A DNA stretch of 64,000 bases from Octopus vulgaris (GCA_951406725.2 OX597827.1:37758001-37822000); one strand, 5' to 3'. Numbered from the stretch's first letter, positions 13,236 to 26,317 are shown. Translations and numbers: made by a program. The notes: generated by a model not told the origin, from the letters alone.

Positions 13236-14129
13236 CGATTATACCATCCAATTTTGATGTCATAGCCACCCGTTTAACATTCCATAGTTAATCGCTGGCC
13301 TTCCTGATTCCGACCTGCTATTTCCTCAAACCCCGTACTAGGTGTATTTCATTGTATAACCCCATCCTGTTTTAAATTTTTCATTAAAAAGTATTTTTAA
13401 AATTTTTTAATTTTAATTTTAAACTCTTTATTGACAGGTAGCACTCTACTTTACTATAACTTTAATTCCATAAGTTCGATCTTAATATTTGATGACCTCC
13501 GTACACCCCCATCCACTCTCTTCCAACCAATATCCACCGAATATCCCTAAATTTCTGTGTTTCTCTATTCCACTTCTTCTGGTCATTTACCGTTAGCAAG
13601 AGACTCCCATACACCGATCCTATATCTGGCCGGCTAGTATGCCTTTATTTTTATTTTATTTTATTTTATTTTATTTTTATTTCACCCTTACGTTTGATTT
13701 ATTTATCTTCTCTTTTTTCCCTTATCCTTAATTGTTTTATGACTCCCTCCTTACTTACCACAACCCCAGAGCTTACCATAATTAATTTTCTCCTACAACC
13801 CATTCCAGTCTACCCATGACCTAATTTAGCAGATTCCTTCTCACCTGAGTAACTGACCTTAGATATCAAATTACACACTTTAAAGAACTACATTCTTAAC
13901 CTAAACTGCCAACATAGTTGTTCATTCTCCCATTCATAACTGACATAACCCTGCTGTATCCCTGGATATTCTTTTATTTTGTAAAATTACTTCTCATCTG
14001 ATGATTACAGTCTTTTATAATGATATAATCTTCTCATTCTTCTATTAAAAGTTAACAATTATCCATCGTAAGTTATTATTCATTTGATATAAATATAATC
14101 AAAATAAGCAACAAGGATATCCAGAGGTA

Positions 14130-14218
14130 ATGCAGTACGATCGTTTCATGCGACTCCATTTAATTGAACAATGCAAACATTACATCCATTTAAAATGTAG
14201 AGCAATCTTTAGCTGCAT
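14130..14218 (-). ncRNA. Minimal hammerhead ribozyme motif (Penelope type), core G5 mutated
   Basis: Minus strand: atgcag CTAAAGA [58 nt imperfect hairpin] GAAA cgatcg TA ctgcat; 6 bp stem I and palindromic stem III. Confidence 0.7.
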
Positions 14219-14540
14219 AAAAATATCGAATTTAGTTAAATTCGAAGGATTCATTTGTATAATTTTCTTTTTATCCAAAATCATAAAGAGGATAAGTAGA
14301 TAGACAAAGAACATGCTTTATCAACAACATCACAGTTGTAACTGAGATTTTTTCAAAAGTTGACACTGCTCATCATTGATTATATTTGTTATTCAGATTT
14401 ACTAGTAATGAGGTTAGTTTTAATTTATAGACTAATTTATCAAATCCAATAGAAACTAGAATCTGTCCTTTATAGGGTAAAATAGATAGACAATTTAAGT
14501 GACAGAGTCATATATATATTATATATATATATATACATAC

Positions 14541-14622
<82 letters not shown>

Positions 14623-14685
14623 ATGTGCGTGTGTGTCTGTGTGTGCATTATGTATGTATATATATATATATATATATATATACAC

Positions 14686-14840
14686 GACTGCTTGGCTTCT
14701 TTCACTTTCCATCTACCAAATCCACTCATAAGGCTTTGGTCGGCCCGAGGCTATAGTACGAGACACTTGCCCAAGGCGCCACACAGTAACACTGAACTCG
14801 GAACCACGTGGTTCGGAAGCAAACATCTTACCACCTGGTC
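14686..14840 (-). mobile_element. CORE-type SINE, 5' half
   Basis: Reverse-complement match to 10700-10850. Confidence 0.85.
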
Positions 14841-14844
14841 GCTC

Positions 14845-15689
14845 ATTTAATATACACAATTTTAAAAAGAGCTATTAATAGTTTCATGCTGTAGAGAATG
14901 CTATAATTTGTCAGCTCTATAAAACATGCCACGTGCCTCGAAGCAATTTTTCAGGCTTGATGCCTACCGTTAGACCTATTTGAAAACCAGAACGCTGGGC
15001 TATCAAAAAAAAACGAGGGAAAACGAGAAGAAAAACACAAAGAAGTTTGATGCAAAAATGGAACGAGAAGAAAGAAAAGAAAGAAAACTCAAATTTTTGC
15101 ACTCTTTGTCTGTAGAAATCATAATTACTTTTGCTGGTGTGGAATAATATGACGGAGAGGAGTCAAAGGTCTGTGAGGTCGCTACTCAATCCAGAGAGGG
15201 CGGTATCCTCCAGTTCGACAAAAGAAACTTGTCCATGTGCTTGCATGCAAAATCTTTCAAACTGGAATTAAGTAGTGGAATTCTTGAATCTAAAACAAAT
15301 GTGCGATCTTTCAGCTACGCGTAAGTTTCATCTCTTTGATCCATTTATATATGGTGTAGATATCCCCACGATTCTCTACTTAATTGTACGTGATGAGCAG
15401 TTGATCTCAGTAGCTTTATTTTTGCCAGTGTGTCAGAAAAAAGACTGATGAGTTTTCATAACTGCCTTTAAAACTGCCTTCGAATATACCGTTATGAAAA
15501 CCACCGGGTCTCCCGCTTTTTATCATGTTTTCTCGTTGACCGGCTTCTTGCTTTTCAAAAAGGTCAAGCGGTATGTGCACTGGGCCTGAAAGATTGCTTG
15601 GGGATATATGATATATAAATTTGCCAAAGTATTGTATCGCTACAGCAGGAGACTATTAGTAGCTCTTTTTTAAATTGTATATATTAAAT
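14845..15689. mobile_element. Non-autonomous DNA transposon / MITE with ~50 bp terminal inverted repeats
   Basis: atttaatatacacaattttaaaaagagctattaatagtttcatgctgtag (14845-14894) versus its reverse complement at 15640-15689. Confidence 0.75.
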
Positions 15690-15793
15690 TACAATTATCT
15701 TTCACGAAATAGTATACTTTATTTCGTTGATCCTACCTGTAATGGAAGAGTAAACTATATATAGCTAGCATGGATGTATACATTTTATGCTCA

Positions 15794-16224
15794 GGTGCTT
15801 CGGCATCCTTAGTCACACTCTGTGACAATGAATGTTTCCTTTATGGTATCACATTGCACCTGGCTGTCTATATTAATTTTTAGTACACGCATTAGCATTT
15901 CGCTAAATTATCCACAAATTTTTATGGTAAATATATATATGCTGGCAGAAGGAATTAGCCAATCATGCGCCTTTCGAGCAGTCCTCGCTGATAATGCCTA
16001 CAGTCATAGGCGAAACTAGACCTGGTCTGGAGATCATCGAGTCGTTCATAGGGCTGTTGCCTTCTCTGTCAGCATGTGTGTATACATTTTGCACTCCTCT
16101 TACAGCATTAAGAGTACTTTAACTCTTATTCTAGCAATGTGGGTGCTACAGCATCCTTAGTCACACTTAGTGATAATTGAATTTTACCTTTATGGTATCA
16201 CATTACGCCTGGGTGTTTATATTA

Positions 16225-16228
<4 letters not shown>
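15794..16228 (+). repeat. Direct repeat (~87 bp) enclosing a degenerate hammerhead-like core; probable Penelope pLTR remnant
   Basis: ggtgct..gcatccttagtcacact...ttatggtatcacatt...tatattaattt at 15794-15880 and 16142-16228; CTGATAA-t-gccta/taggc-GAAA at 15988-16015; ends in (TA)n. Confidence 0.6.
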
Positions 16229-16281
<53 letters not shown>

Positions 16282-16316
16282 TGTTTATATATATATATAT
16301 ATGAATGTATATAATG

Positions 16317-16351
<35 letters not shown>

Positions 16352-16455
16352 ATATGTATATATATATTATATATATATAATGTATATATAATGTGTGTAT
16401 ATATATATATTAATATATACATATATGTATATATGAATGGATGTATGTATGTGTG

Positions 16456-16554
<99 letters not shown>

Positions 16555-17414
16555 GCTCATAAGAATATAAAGCATTGATTATAATATCATAATGTAGACG
16601 TTACTTTGAGCGTCATAAGATATTTTCAATCATGTATGAAACCGGATGCGATATCAGTGATAACGGGAATGATGAAAAAATAACATGTATTTCTTCAATA
16701 TAGAGATTGATTAATTCTGAAAGTCGACATAACAACGTTCTGCAAAAGTTCCCACCAATCCCACATTACAGATTTTAGGGGGCTTCACATTCAGTTGTGG
16801 GTGGTATGTTTTACAATGCATCACCGATAAAACAGATCTTTTATAGTTTCAACATGTTTGCTGTACCACTTGGCTCGCTAATGGCTTAGACTAGATAAGC
16901 TGTAAAACGATCTTCTGAAAATTAAATCCATTTGCTTTATTACTAATTATACATTTTTCACTCAATTACCACATCCGTTGAGCGAGAATGAATGTAAAAC
17001 GCTTCAATACTATTGTAACATTAATTCATTATTCGGCTATCATTTATCATTTCAAGGAGTAATGCCAAATATCTTTTCTAGTTGTTTTCCATTCGGAGCT
17101 GTTCTCCGGCTAACATTGGTAATATAATCCATTAGTTTCTTACTCCGCGCCTACACTCAAACAAGTACATACTCGCACGCACATGCACGCACGCACACAC
17201 ACACACACACACACAAACAAACAAGCATGCACACATATTCATATTCATATACACACATACATATACGTATACATACGATCACATGCAGATACATATACAC
17301 ACAGATTTTCACACAAACCATCGTGTTTCTAGGGTTATGCTTACATACATACATACTTACATACACATGAGATTTGGGTTGCAAGATTCTTCATGTGAGT
17401 TCGTGTGTTGAAGC

Positions 17415-17700
17415 ATATTTTATTGCGTCTGAGGAGAGTCATTCTCTTTTAGTACCTTATTATTTAACTCACTCACCGGTAAAGATTCCACTCATTTACA
17501 TATTTATTTTTCCTAAAGTTTTCATTGCATCTTGCAACCTTTTCAATAGTCGTTGATTGAGCCAATGACCATTGAAAAGGTTACAAAGCGCAATGAAAAT
17601 TTCAGGAAAAAATAAATAAATGAGAGGAAACTTTACCGGTGAGTGTGTTAAATAATAAGGTACTAAAAGAGAATTACTCTCCCCAGACACAACAATATAT
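17415..17700. repeat. Long fold-back (~140 bp arms, 7 nt loop)
   Basis: 17415-17555 versus 17563-17700; opposite-strand ORFs 17374..17556 and 17496..17690 translate to nearly the same peptide. Confidence 0.92.
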
Positions 17701-17927
17701 ATACAAGAGGATACTACAATGATATATTAATATATTAAGATATATTGAACACATTATAGTATGAGTGGTTCGCTAGCAATTAAAAACTCAAAAAGGAATA
17801 AAAATATAAAGGGTGCAAAATAGCACCAGCGATTGCTAAAAGTAAGAGTCAAAAAATTAACTCTGAAAGCCACAAGAAAACTCATTACATTTATGGGAAG
17901 GGGGCACAACAAACTAAAACGATCTTT

Positions 17928-17980
<53 letters not shown>

Positions 17981-18021
17981 TGAGAAAGTTGGTGTGTGAA
18001 AGCACGTGGTTGAATATATAG

Positions 18022-18128
18022 AAAATAGTAAAAAGTGAAAAAACTACAGAAGGCTTGTTTTAAAATGACTCAAATATATATTTTTTAACCTTTTAAAACA
18101 AGCCTTCTGTAGTTTTTTCACTTTTTAG

Positions 18129-18134
<6 letters not shown>
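18022..18134. repeat. Inverted repeat, 44 bp arms, between (TA)n tracts
   Basis: 18022-18065 versus 18091-18134, one mismatch. Confidence 0.92.
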
Positions 18135-18167
<33 letters not shown>

Positions 18168-18241
18168 ATTTTTATTTGAGGGAATATTAATCCTAAATTA
18201 CAGGGAAAAATTCAATTTAGAAATACTAAATCAAATTTCAC

Positions 18242-18319
<78 letters not shown>

Positions 18320-18473
18320 AAACACTTTTTATCAATTCAAAGTGAACAATTAAATTACACCATCTAGTAAATTACATATAATAGAAATATTAAAATTAAA
18401 ATAACAATAATATACTGATGATTAAGTAAATTGCAAAAAAAATAATAAAAGCGTATATATTAGGTAGAATAAC

Positions 18474-18560
18474 GACACGTGTTTCGTGGCTATATTTAAG
18501 AAATGATTATAGTAAAAAAATTAGTAGTAGTAGTAAAATCATTTCGATATAAATATAGCA
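18474..18560 (-). other. Truncated hammerhead (long stem II plus GAAA-cacgtg-TC), 5' core missing
   Basis: Minus strand hairpin gctatattta..gaaatgatt / aatcatttc..taaatatagc followed by cac GAAA cacgtg TC; no CTGANGA before the (TA)n tract. Confidence 0.5.
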
Positions 18561-19881
18561 GCGTTATATATATGAATATATATATATATATATATCAAGG
18601 CAGTGCCCCAGCATGGTCACAATCTAATGACTGAAACAAGTAAAAGATTAAAAGATAAAATATATGCATACACGCACACACACGCACACACACAGTCACA
18701 CAATCTAATACATGCTCAGCTACGAAAAACAGCAAATGAAATAATTAGTTTAAAAGACAATTTCAATAAGTTGTACTAAAATTTCTACTTCTCTGAAGTT
18801 TTTTTTACACATTTTAGTCAGTATTATCATTAGAGAAATAATAGGTTAGATACATCAATGCTACCTTCTCGGAAAAGAATCTGAAATTTACTTCACCAGA
18901 ATATAAGCTGTTAAAGCTCGCTAACTTAAAATTTGAATTATTGTCACTGTAACTTTCATATTTCTCGGTTAATAGGGAAGGAAATTGTGTGCAATATTAA
19001 ATTAATTTATGTATGAAGACATGAAACGTAAGGCTCTTCTCTGCTCTACGCGACAAAATCGCTGGTATATGATAACGTTCCCCGTTATATCATTCTAAAT
19101 CATTGTCCTGTCACACTGTATCACTCGCTTTATCTCACACAGAATAAAACATGAAATTTTCATCAACGAACCGGTCACATAATTTATTCCAGAAATAAAG
19201 TAGCAAACCGAACCAAATAGCGAACCTTTTCATACACACACACACACAAGCCATCCGGATTTGATTATTTAGTGAGGTCATCAAAGACGCCATAGAACAC
19301 TAGTATAGCAGTAGGACAATCTTGAAGAGGGATTCTTATCACTTATTCCTCCTATATATTTCCATTTCATTTTTGGTCAAGGAATCTTGACGTTTTAATA
19401 GACCGGGTTGCCGCCCGGTTACAAATATCGATTGGCACGTGTTCACTTAATTTTAAAATAGTTGGTTAGAAAACTAATACATTCCAGATACTTTTTTGAT
19501 TCTTTTACAATTAATCTTATGTATGTATACCGATGTAGTAGATATAAAAACATAAAATTTATCCATTTTTCCGTAGACTGAAAAAATTATGAAGAGCTTA
19601 ATCGGTTTTCGACCTTTTTTTTTTTTTTGAGATCTCATCATCAATTCACCAATCGTAGAGAAACAACTAGCCAATCCGTTTATGCACACATCAAATACAA
19701 TAGCTTCAGATAACTGGAGCTACTAATCTGCATACAATAAATTTTTAACATTTTATTTAATACCAGATGCCTGTTTTATATATCTCGGTTGATCAATGTC
19801 AACACTGAATTCAGTCTTATGACCCCAGAGTTTTCTTGACTATTTCACACATAGAGCGAAAAGGAGAAACCGGCAATTTTT

Positions 19882-19993
<112 letters not shown>

Positions 19994-20399
19994 TTAAAAA
20001 GTAAAGTTTTCATCCCTTCTTTAAAGTTATTTAAGAACGGTTACGTAAAAAAGTAAGCTAGCACCTAAATTATCTATTAGCATAAAGCTTCGATTCATTT
20101 AAAAATATTATAACCCAGTAGAATTTCTCATGCTTTCAATCACCCCCAGGATGGCAAAAGGGTCAGTTTTCTATCTACTTTTCCCAACTTTGAAACAGAA
20201 AAATATTATCATTCTCAGAAAAGAGAAAAAAAAGAGTAAGCTGAAAATCAAAACCGAAGTGGACTGCAAGGTATGTCATCGTTATTTTGATTGAAAGTAT
20301 TTTGAATAGTCTGAGTGAATGATGAGATGACCCCTTCTGAACAAATTTTTGTGTTTCCCGCGTCTGTTAGTATAAGAACACATTTTCTCAGCTTTGAAG

Positions 20400-21150
20400 T
20401 GATATTGAAAAAGAATATCACTTTTAAGTGATATTCAAAACGAAATAATTTAATTGTATAGCTGTTACAAGTGAATGTGTAATTAAGCCAATGAACGAAA
20501 CAAAAAACAGCATTTGTTGATGTTTATGTTTGATGAGACTACAGACCTTCGAATGAAATCTTAACTGTCACACGTTTTGTGATTTGCTGATGAGAAAGAA
20601 AGGCTTCAAGAAAGGTTTAGGGAATCAGTCGATGTCAGTAAAGAGAGAAAAGCTGCATCACTGAGAGAAGTTGTACATTGTTATACATAGTCACTTAATT
20701 TGGTACTCTCTTAATCAGCTTCAAGAGTTCGTGAATGGCGAATTTTCTTCCAAACTTTAAAAAGGATTTCGACTTTTTCTCAACGTTGACGACTTGAATA
20801 GCCTCTCCTGGATGAAATCGTTGAAAGGTTATTTCCAAAGTTATATGTACGTTTCTGGTGACTTATTAGCTACTTCAAAACGGTGCATCGTAGGGGGGGA
20901 AACAATTTTCATTTTCAGACTCGCCATATCTAAGAGTGCCCAAGGGTCTAACAGGTTCACATTTTAGCAGATTCTCCAAGACCAGTAGATTGTTGCTGTT
21001 AATGTTGTAGTTGAACTGTTGTATGTTGACAGCTGCCGGGAAGCTCATCGGATAGATTATACAGTTATTCGAAGGCCCGGTCTTGTTAAATTTTGTTATC
21101 TTGATTCAGCTTCAGAATTACATGAAGAGTTCAGGCATCTGAGGAATACT
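20400..21150 (+). mobile_element. hAT transposase remnant
   Basis: FDETTDLRMKS.LS.VL.FADEKERLQERF and VVHCYT.SLNLVLS motifs (hAT DET and HC..H.LNL regions), many stops. Confidence 0.75.
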
Positions 21151-22410
21151 CAGCCACTAAAGTATAATTAGTGGTTTTGTTCATCAAACATTATGGAAAC
21201 CAACGGAGGATATAATAATGTTTTAATGTATTTTGGTGAATAATTTATTGATGCATGGTATGATTGGTACGAAGCAATTCGATTGGGAATATACGTGTGT
21301 TTGTACATATATAGAAATACATACATGCGCGCGCACACACGCACGCACAGACACACATACACACACACACATATACATACATATATATATATATATATAC
21401 TTACACACACTCGCACACATCAACTCTAAATCAATATGGTGGTAATGTTATTTTGAGTACATGGCAACAGCAATGAATTTTTCAGTTAATTTTACAGACA
21501 TGATGTATTGTGTTTTTGCAACAGTAACTATCACACTCTTACGTAATAGCACGTCATAAGATCGTTAGAATTAATTAACTCTACGTGGAAATATATTAAT
21601 AGTCTGTTCTGAATGAACTTGGAGTGACTAGATCCCTCGAGAGGACTTGCGCGTCTAGCAACAGGATGATTGTGATTTTCGTTCTGGTTCTGCATGGAAC
21701 CACTTCGTTTTAATTACGCCTACCAATACTTTTAATAAAGACAATAACGTCACAACTTAGCATTTCACTAACCCACTCTGCCAGCAATTAGGAACTTCTG
21801 TAAGAAACATCAGTTATATCATTAGAAAGAGATTGGTATTGATTAGAACAACATCAATCAACGACGATTTTAGCTTCATTGATACCCCTATTTTTTTTAG
21901 TTGTTCCTATGGCCCTTTACAAGACCTCTCAGACTTGTGGGAGCGAGTATTCTCAAACTGGAAACAGGGCTTTAATAACAGAATTGCCTTTAATAAATGG
22001 ACCCAGAAACCAGGTGGAGGTGTTGAAAGGAGCGATGGATTAAGCCTACCATCTAATGCTTCGTGGAAGAACGTGAAAGCCACAAATTTTCGTTTTCTTC
22101 AACACCTTTCGTGACTTTATTACAAACAGTTAAAACGTATCACGTAGGTAGAGATAAAAAGATGACATTAAAGGTGTGTCAGATATAGCAAACCACCATA
22201 GGGGACAGTTCTAGAATCCCAGAAACTGGTGGTGAAAATCAGCGTTGGCAAGAATTTATCCGAAGAACATTTAATGGAATGCCGATAAGTTCGGTGGCTG
22301 TGAGGAGTGTAATGCTTGTTTCCAACTTTTACAAATAGACACACATACACACAAGCATGCACGCACGCACACACACACGCACGCACACACACACGCACAC
22401 ATACACACTC

Positions 22411-22481
<71 letters not shown>

Positions 22482-22494
22482 CGTGCGTGTGTGA

Positions 22495-22822
22495 AGGCGC
22501 ATAGCTCAGAAGTTAGAGCGTCGAGCTCATAATCATAAAGTAGTGGGTTCGATTCCCAGACCGGGCTATGTTGTATTCTTGAGCAAGACACTTTATTTCA
22601 CGTTGCTCCAGTTCACTCAGCTGTGGAAATGAATTGTGACGCTACTGGTGTCAAGCTGTATCGACCTTCGCCTTTCCCTTGGATAACATCGTTGGCATGG
22701 AGAGAGGAGGCTGGTATACATGGGCGACTGCTGGTCTTCTATAAACAACCATGCCCGGGCCTGTGCCTCGGAAGGTAACTTTCTAAGTGCAACCCATGGT
22801 TATTCGTGACCGAAGGGTGTTT
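22495..22822 (+). mobile_element. tRNA-derived SINE, second CORE-like family
   Basis: ggcgcatagctcagaagttagagc (A box), gggttcgattccc (B box), ttcttgagcaagacactttatttcacgttgctccagttcactcagctg; related fragment at ~42075-42280. Confidence 0.8.
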
Positions 22823-22843
22823 TTAATTTTATTTATATATTTA

Positions 22844-22904
<61 letters not shown>

Positions 22905-24689
22905 TTAGGTAAATATCGAACGATGAAACGAGTGTTCAACACTGCACTGGTGGATATATAATCTCTTTATTTGTGAGTTAAGGCTATCATTGGTTTCATG
23001 TTAAGAGAAGTAGGAAAATATCCTGGTGTCTTGGCAATTTTTCAAGCCGATTACACGGAGAAAGATGCTCGCCTCCATTTTGAAAAACAGTCTCGCTTCG
23101 TTCACGGGATTTCTCGTAAATTCGCGTAAATAAAACAATGAATCAATGAATCAAGAAACGTTACTCTTCAGTGGCATTCTTTGGATGTTTGTCTCCATTG
23201 GGTAAATTCTTTTGTGATTAATTTGTTTACATAATTTTGCATTATTTTGCTTTTGTTCTGGGCATGGTGTTCTTGTGTTTATATGTTGAGGTAGTTCGTC
23301 ATTGGGGCATATTTTTTCTTTGTGTAAAGTTTGTGTGCTATGTGCGTTCACGTTTAGGAAAGAGGCTATGATAGTTTTGCAGTTCCATGCTGTTGGTGTC
23401 TTTATAAACATCATCAGTGGAAATCTCCATGCATAAAACCTTCCCATACTTATAACTTCTCTCTACATTGTGTGATAAAATTAACGAGTGAGTGGCTATA
23501 TGGTCGCTCTGACTGCTAGAAATATCAGCCTAATATTCTGATCCATTGAAGATTTAATGTAGTCGACCCGTCAGTTCAAAAACTGTCTTCGTGTTATCAT
23601 ATAACATTCAACTGTTATCTGAATCACTCAGTACTCGAAGGCTGTCTTAGTGCTACTATATGCCAATTTGATTGTGTATGCGAGACTGCAAAGTGTCCTG
23701 TTTTTTTTTATTATTATTTATGGCTGTATAGAGCGATTTGTGGGAGATTTGGTCGTAATTTCTTGTAGCTCCCACGTTGACTTCTTAAAGTTTGTATGAG
23801 GGAAGACTGTCTGGCGACTCTAACTTTACTCACATTATCTTTTTATTATATATTTTATATTTTATATATCCCAAGATGTTTGTTATACAGCACTTACGTG
23901 AAACGGGTAAGATAGAAGGACCATTGATGCGAGTGTTTTCAGTTTATGAAGCAGCTTGGGTTTTTATCAGCTGAAAAACCCTTCTGTTTATCAGCATTTT
24001 TATATATTTCCAATAAAAGATCTTTCACCAAAGAAATAGTTCTACATTTGTGTTTTCTATGATGTAGATCTTACCACATGAATCACTTGACTTTTGTTGA
24101 AGAAATGGCAGTAGAAAGAATTCTAATAAACAGTCTCCTTGAAAAATTCGAAATGTTTTATAGCAATGATTCATAACCTGGACAACAGTAACTCGTTCAA
24201 GTTATTGAGATCTCACAAGAGAGAAGGGGTAAATATCAAGGGGACATTCTGGGGGAGTTGGATCCCGACTGTTAGAGAGGCGTTGTCATTTTACTTAGAA
24301 ATAAAATATTTAAACCAAGTATAATATATATTTTAAATACATTTTTTTAAAAGTAGCACGACTGTCATAAACTTCTTTAGTAATTTCTTTTAAAATTTAA
24401 TATAGGGGGCAGTAGTCTAGGTAAGCCTCTAACAACAGATACACGTTAGATAAAATAGTATACGAAAATGTGGATAATAAACAAAATTAACTTCTATTCG
24501 ATTAAAATAATTTGTTGTCGTCTTTCTTCTTGTCGCCTTTTTCGGTAACAGAGATCACGTCACCACAAAGACTTGGAGAACCCCTGTTTTACCCATGTAG
24601 TGATTAACCATATAAGTGAAAGCGTAGTGTTGTCGGTCTTTCAGTTGCAAAGTTGATCACTGTACAGGTGGATGAGCCGCCGTTGGTTT

Positions 24690-25100
24690 CGACGAGGAGC
24701 ATTCAATTATTCGATCAACTGAATTACCTGAATCACTCGGATTTCGCTGCATCCCATTAAAGCGGTTCGATTAACCTGCGATGAACTGAGGCCCGTCTTT
24801 TCGCATTATTTTAACTTGTAAATGACACCAGAACGAGCGAAAGAGCATCAGCTGCCTCTTGGTGTTCCCTTCATTGGATATAAAGAGGTCTTCGACTGCA
24901 ATAAAGGAGTCTAGGCACAATACATCGATTTCTCAGGGAGATGAATCCCCGATATAGCTCTGCGGTTCGACAGGATAACAAAGTAAAAACATGCCATCAC
25001 TCCAAAGCTCTTCATCGTATGTTTTGAAATGGTCATCAGCGAGATCAACAGTGAACTTGTTTATGGACAAAGATCTAGAGATACGATACTGACGTTACCG
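24690..25100 (+). mobile_element. RTE-like LINE reverse transcriptase remnant
   Basis: ERAKEHQLPLGVPFIGYKEVFD and ITPKLFI resemble RTE RT motifs; heavily degraded. Confidence 0.6.
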
Positions 25101-25539
25101 TGGTTCATCTTTTATCAGGCAAGGCATATATCCAAAGTTAGCGAATAAGAGTTCGTTACGCTACTTTATATCAGAGAATAAGACATGTATCAAGTGTGGG
25201 ATACACATGTTTGCCTATCTTTTCTCAAAGAATAAGGCACACTTCCTATATGTAGAAAACACATGCTTCAAATTTTCTTTCACCAGCTACGAAACCAATT
25301 ACACAACAACAAAATACCACAGATGTGATAATTGCAGCAGTTCTATTTAATGCCATGGTAAACACCTTATCACAGAGATAAGCGGCTTCTTATTTTCGGT
25401 TTCTGCTGGTATTTCCGTTCCCACTTTCTTTAGAAAGCGGTATATTTAGATACATACTTACATATAAGCATACATACAGGTATACAAACATACATTCATA
25501 AAAACAGACAGGCGGATAGATAGACAGACATATATGCAC

Positions 25540-25594
<55 letters not shown>

Positions 25595-25663
25595 GTGACC
25601 GCGTGTGTACCGTAGGCGATTTTTTCCTCTGTCTTCTCTTCTCTGGATCTTTCCTTCTCTTAT

Positions 25664-25698
25664 GTTTCCGACGAAGAGCTCCGCTCGAAACGTTAAAC
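25664..25698 (+). ncRNA. Minimal hammerhead motif with CCGACGA core variant, inside a ~200 bp repeat (25593-25790)
   Basis: gttt CCGACGA a gagc-tcc-gctc GAAA cg TT aaac; perfect stems I and II. Confidence 0.7.
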
Positions 25699-25833
25699 CC
25701 TCCTTCTTTCCTGAGCGTCCAATAATACTATATTTGTTCCACGTCCTCGCGTTGTTGTGTTTTTTTGTGCTTTCATGTTTGTATTAACTATGTATATATA
25801 TTCATACATATATATGTATGTATGTGTGTGTGT

Positions 25834-26305
25834 TACTCTTTTACTCTTTTACTTGTTTCACTCATTTGACTGTGACCATGCTGGAGCACCGCCTTTAGTC
25901 GAGCAAATCGACCCCAGGACTTATTCTTTGGAAGCCTAGTACTTATTCTATCGGTCTCTTTTGCCGAACGGCTAAGTTACGGGAACGTAAACACACCACT
26001 ATCGGTTATCAAGCGATGTTGGGCGACAAACACAGACACACAAACATATACATACATATATATATATATATACATATATACTACGGGCTTCTTTCAGTTT
26101 CTGTCTACCAAATCCACACACAAGGCTTTGGTCGGCCCGAGGCTATAGTAGAAGACACTTGCCCAAGGTGCCACGCCGTGGGAATGAACCCGGAACCATG
26201 TGGTTGGTAAGCATGCTACTTACCACACAGCCACTCCTGCGCCTATGCTACTTACCACACAGCCACTCCTGCGCCTATAGCTACTTACCACACAGCTACT
26301 CCTGC
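25834..26305 (-). mobile_element. Full-length CORE-type SINE with triplicated 5' end
   Basis: Reverse complement of 10687-11101; ~32 bp gctacttaccacacagccactcctgcgcctat repeated three times at 26215-26305. Confidence 0.9.
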
Positions 26306-26317
26306 TAGAAAATTATA

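Noticed and set aside
22495-22570. Possible tRNA gene (also SINE heads at 10687, 31861, 48888)
   Set aside because: No complete acceptor stem; continues into SINE body, so a tRNA-derived head.
23151-23447. 98 aa minus-strand ORF, possibly Penelope-derived
   Set aside because: No diagnostic motif visible.
26215-26305. CRISPR-like ~32 bp repeats
   Set aside because: No spacers, eukaryotic context, repeats are the SINE 5' end.
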